From: Mycobacterium tuberculosis H37Rv
Lineage (GTDB): Bacteria; Actinomycetota; Actinomycetes; Mycobacteriales; Mycobacteriaceae
Assembly: GCF_000195955.2 (NCBI RefSeq)
Contig: NC_000962.3
Location: 2,850,001-2,882,000, forward strand
Length of the DNA: 32,000 nucleotides
Reading direction: 5' to 3'
Part shown: piece by piece, positions 31,703-32,000 of the stretch
Numbering within the stretch: the first letter of the stretch is position 1
Layout of the letters: every line of letters begins with the position of its first letter
The notes under the pieces: model-generated
The model's database searches: none
Told to the model about the DNA's origin: nothing
What the model saw: the letters and a program-made list of their open reading frames with translations, nothing else
Made by a program: the position numbers and the translations under genes

Positions 31703-32000
31703 GAGTTGCGAGCAGCGGGACAACCTGTCGATCAAATTCGTCGCCCATGAGGGCGAAGTGGCCGAACAAAAGGTGAAGCGCAACGTCGAACTCGCTGGCG
31801 TTGATGTCATCCTGGTGCACCGCATGCTGAAAAATGAGGTGCCAGTGTCGGAATATCTATTCATGACCGACGTCGTAGCGCAGTGCCTCGACGAGTCGGT
31901 GCGAAAACTAGCGACGCCGCTGACACATGACTTCGAGGGCATCGGAGAAACGTCGACACACTACATCGACCTCGCCACGTCCGACATGCCGCCGGCGGTG
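31641..32000 (+). CDS. C-terminal fragment (Rv2562-like) of the same protein, truncated by window end
   Basis: [120 protein letters not shown], open to the edge. Confidence 0.8.
   Translation, partial: MRQRFRTRREQIKKDHPCDCKSCEQRDNLSIKFVAHEGEVAEQKVKRNVELAGVDVILVHRMLKNEVPVSEYLFMTDVVAQCLDESVRKLATPLTHDFEGIGETSTHYIDLATSDMPPAV

Overview
The window matches, from my memory of the proteins and with no database search, the Mycobacterium tuberculosis complex chromosome from about Rv2525c to Rv2562. It is gene-dense and GC-rich, and I found no prophage, IS element, CRISPR array or tRNA. Housekeeping blocks: shikimate genes (aroC/aroF-aroK-aroB-aroQ/aroD), pepQ-efp-nusB, a large PLP-dependent Orn/Lys/Arg decarboxylase, and alaS-ruvX-mltG-aroE with a small A24 prepilin peptidase, plus rarA. 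Accessory content: five vapBC-type toxin-antitoxin modules (17, 39, 18, 19, 20), an Mrr-like restriction endonuclease, an ERCC4-like nuclease, a tandem lipoprotein pair (lppA/lppB), an EspC-like small protein beside a broken alpha/beta hydrolase gene, and a tandem paralog pair (Rv2557/Rv2558). Observations most worth a second look: (1) an AbrB-type antitoxin reading frame ([18 protein letters not shown]...) on the minus strand under the annotated N-terminus of Rv2529, implying that gene really starts near 3316; (2) Rv2529 appears to fuse an ERCC4-type nuclease to an Lsr2-like C-terminal DNA-binding motif; (3) vapB18 is cut by an in-frame TAG followed by 30 more antitoxin-like codons that end coupled to vapC18; (4) the Rv2542 hydrolase gene appears broken by a 1-nt loss and a 61-bp tandem duplication, after which the frame runs into the lppA start; (5) Rv2561/Rv2562 look like one gene split by an extra G in a G6 tract; (6) an unexplained ~84-nt imperfect inverted repeat lies upstream of vapB17. 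No complete new biological system is established.
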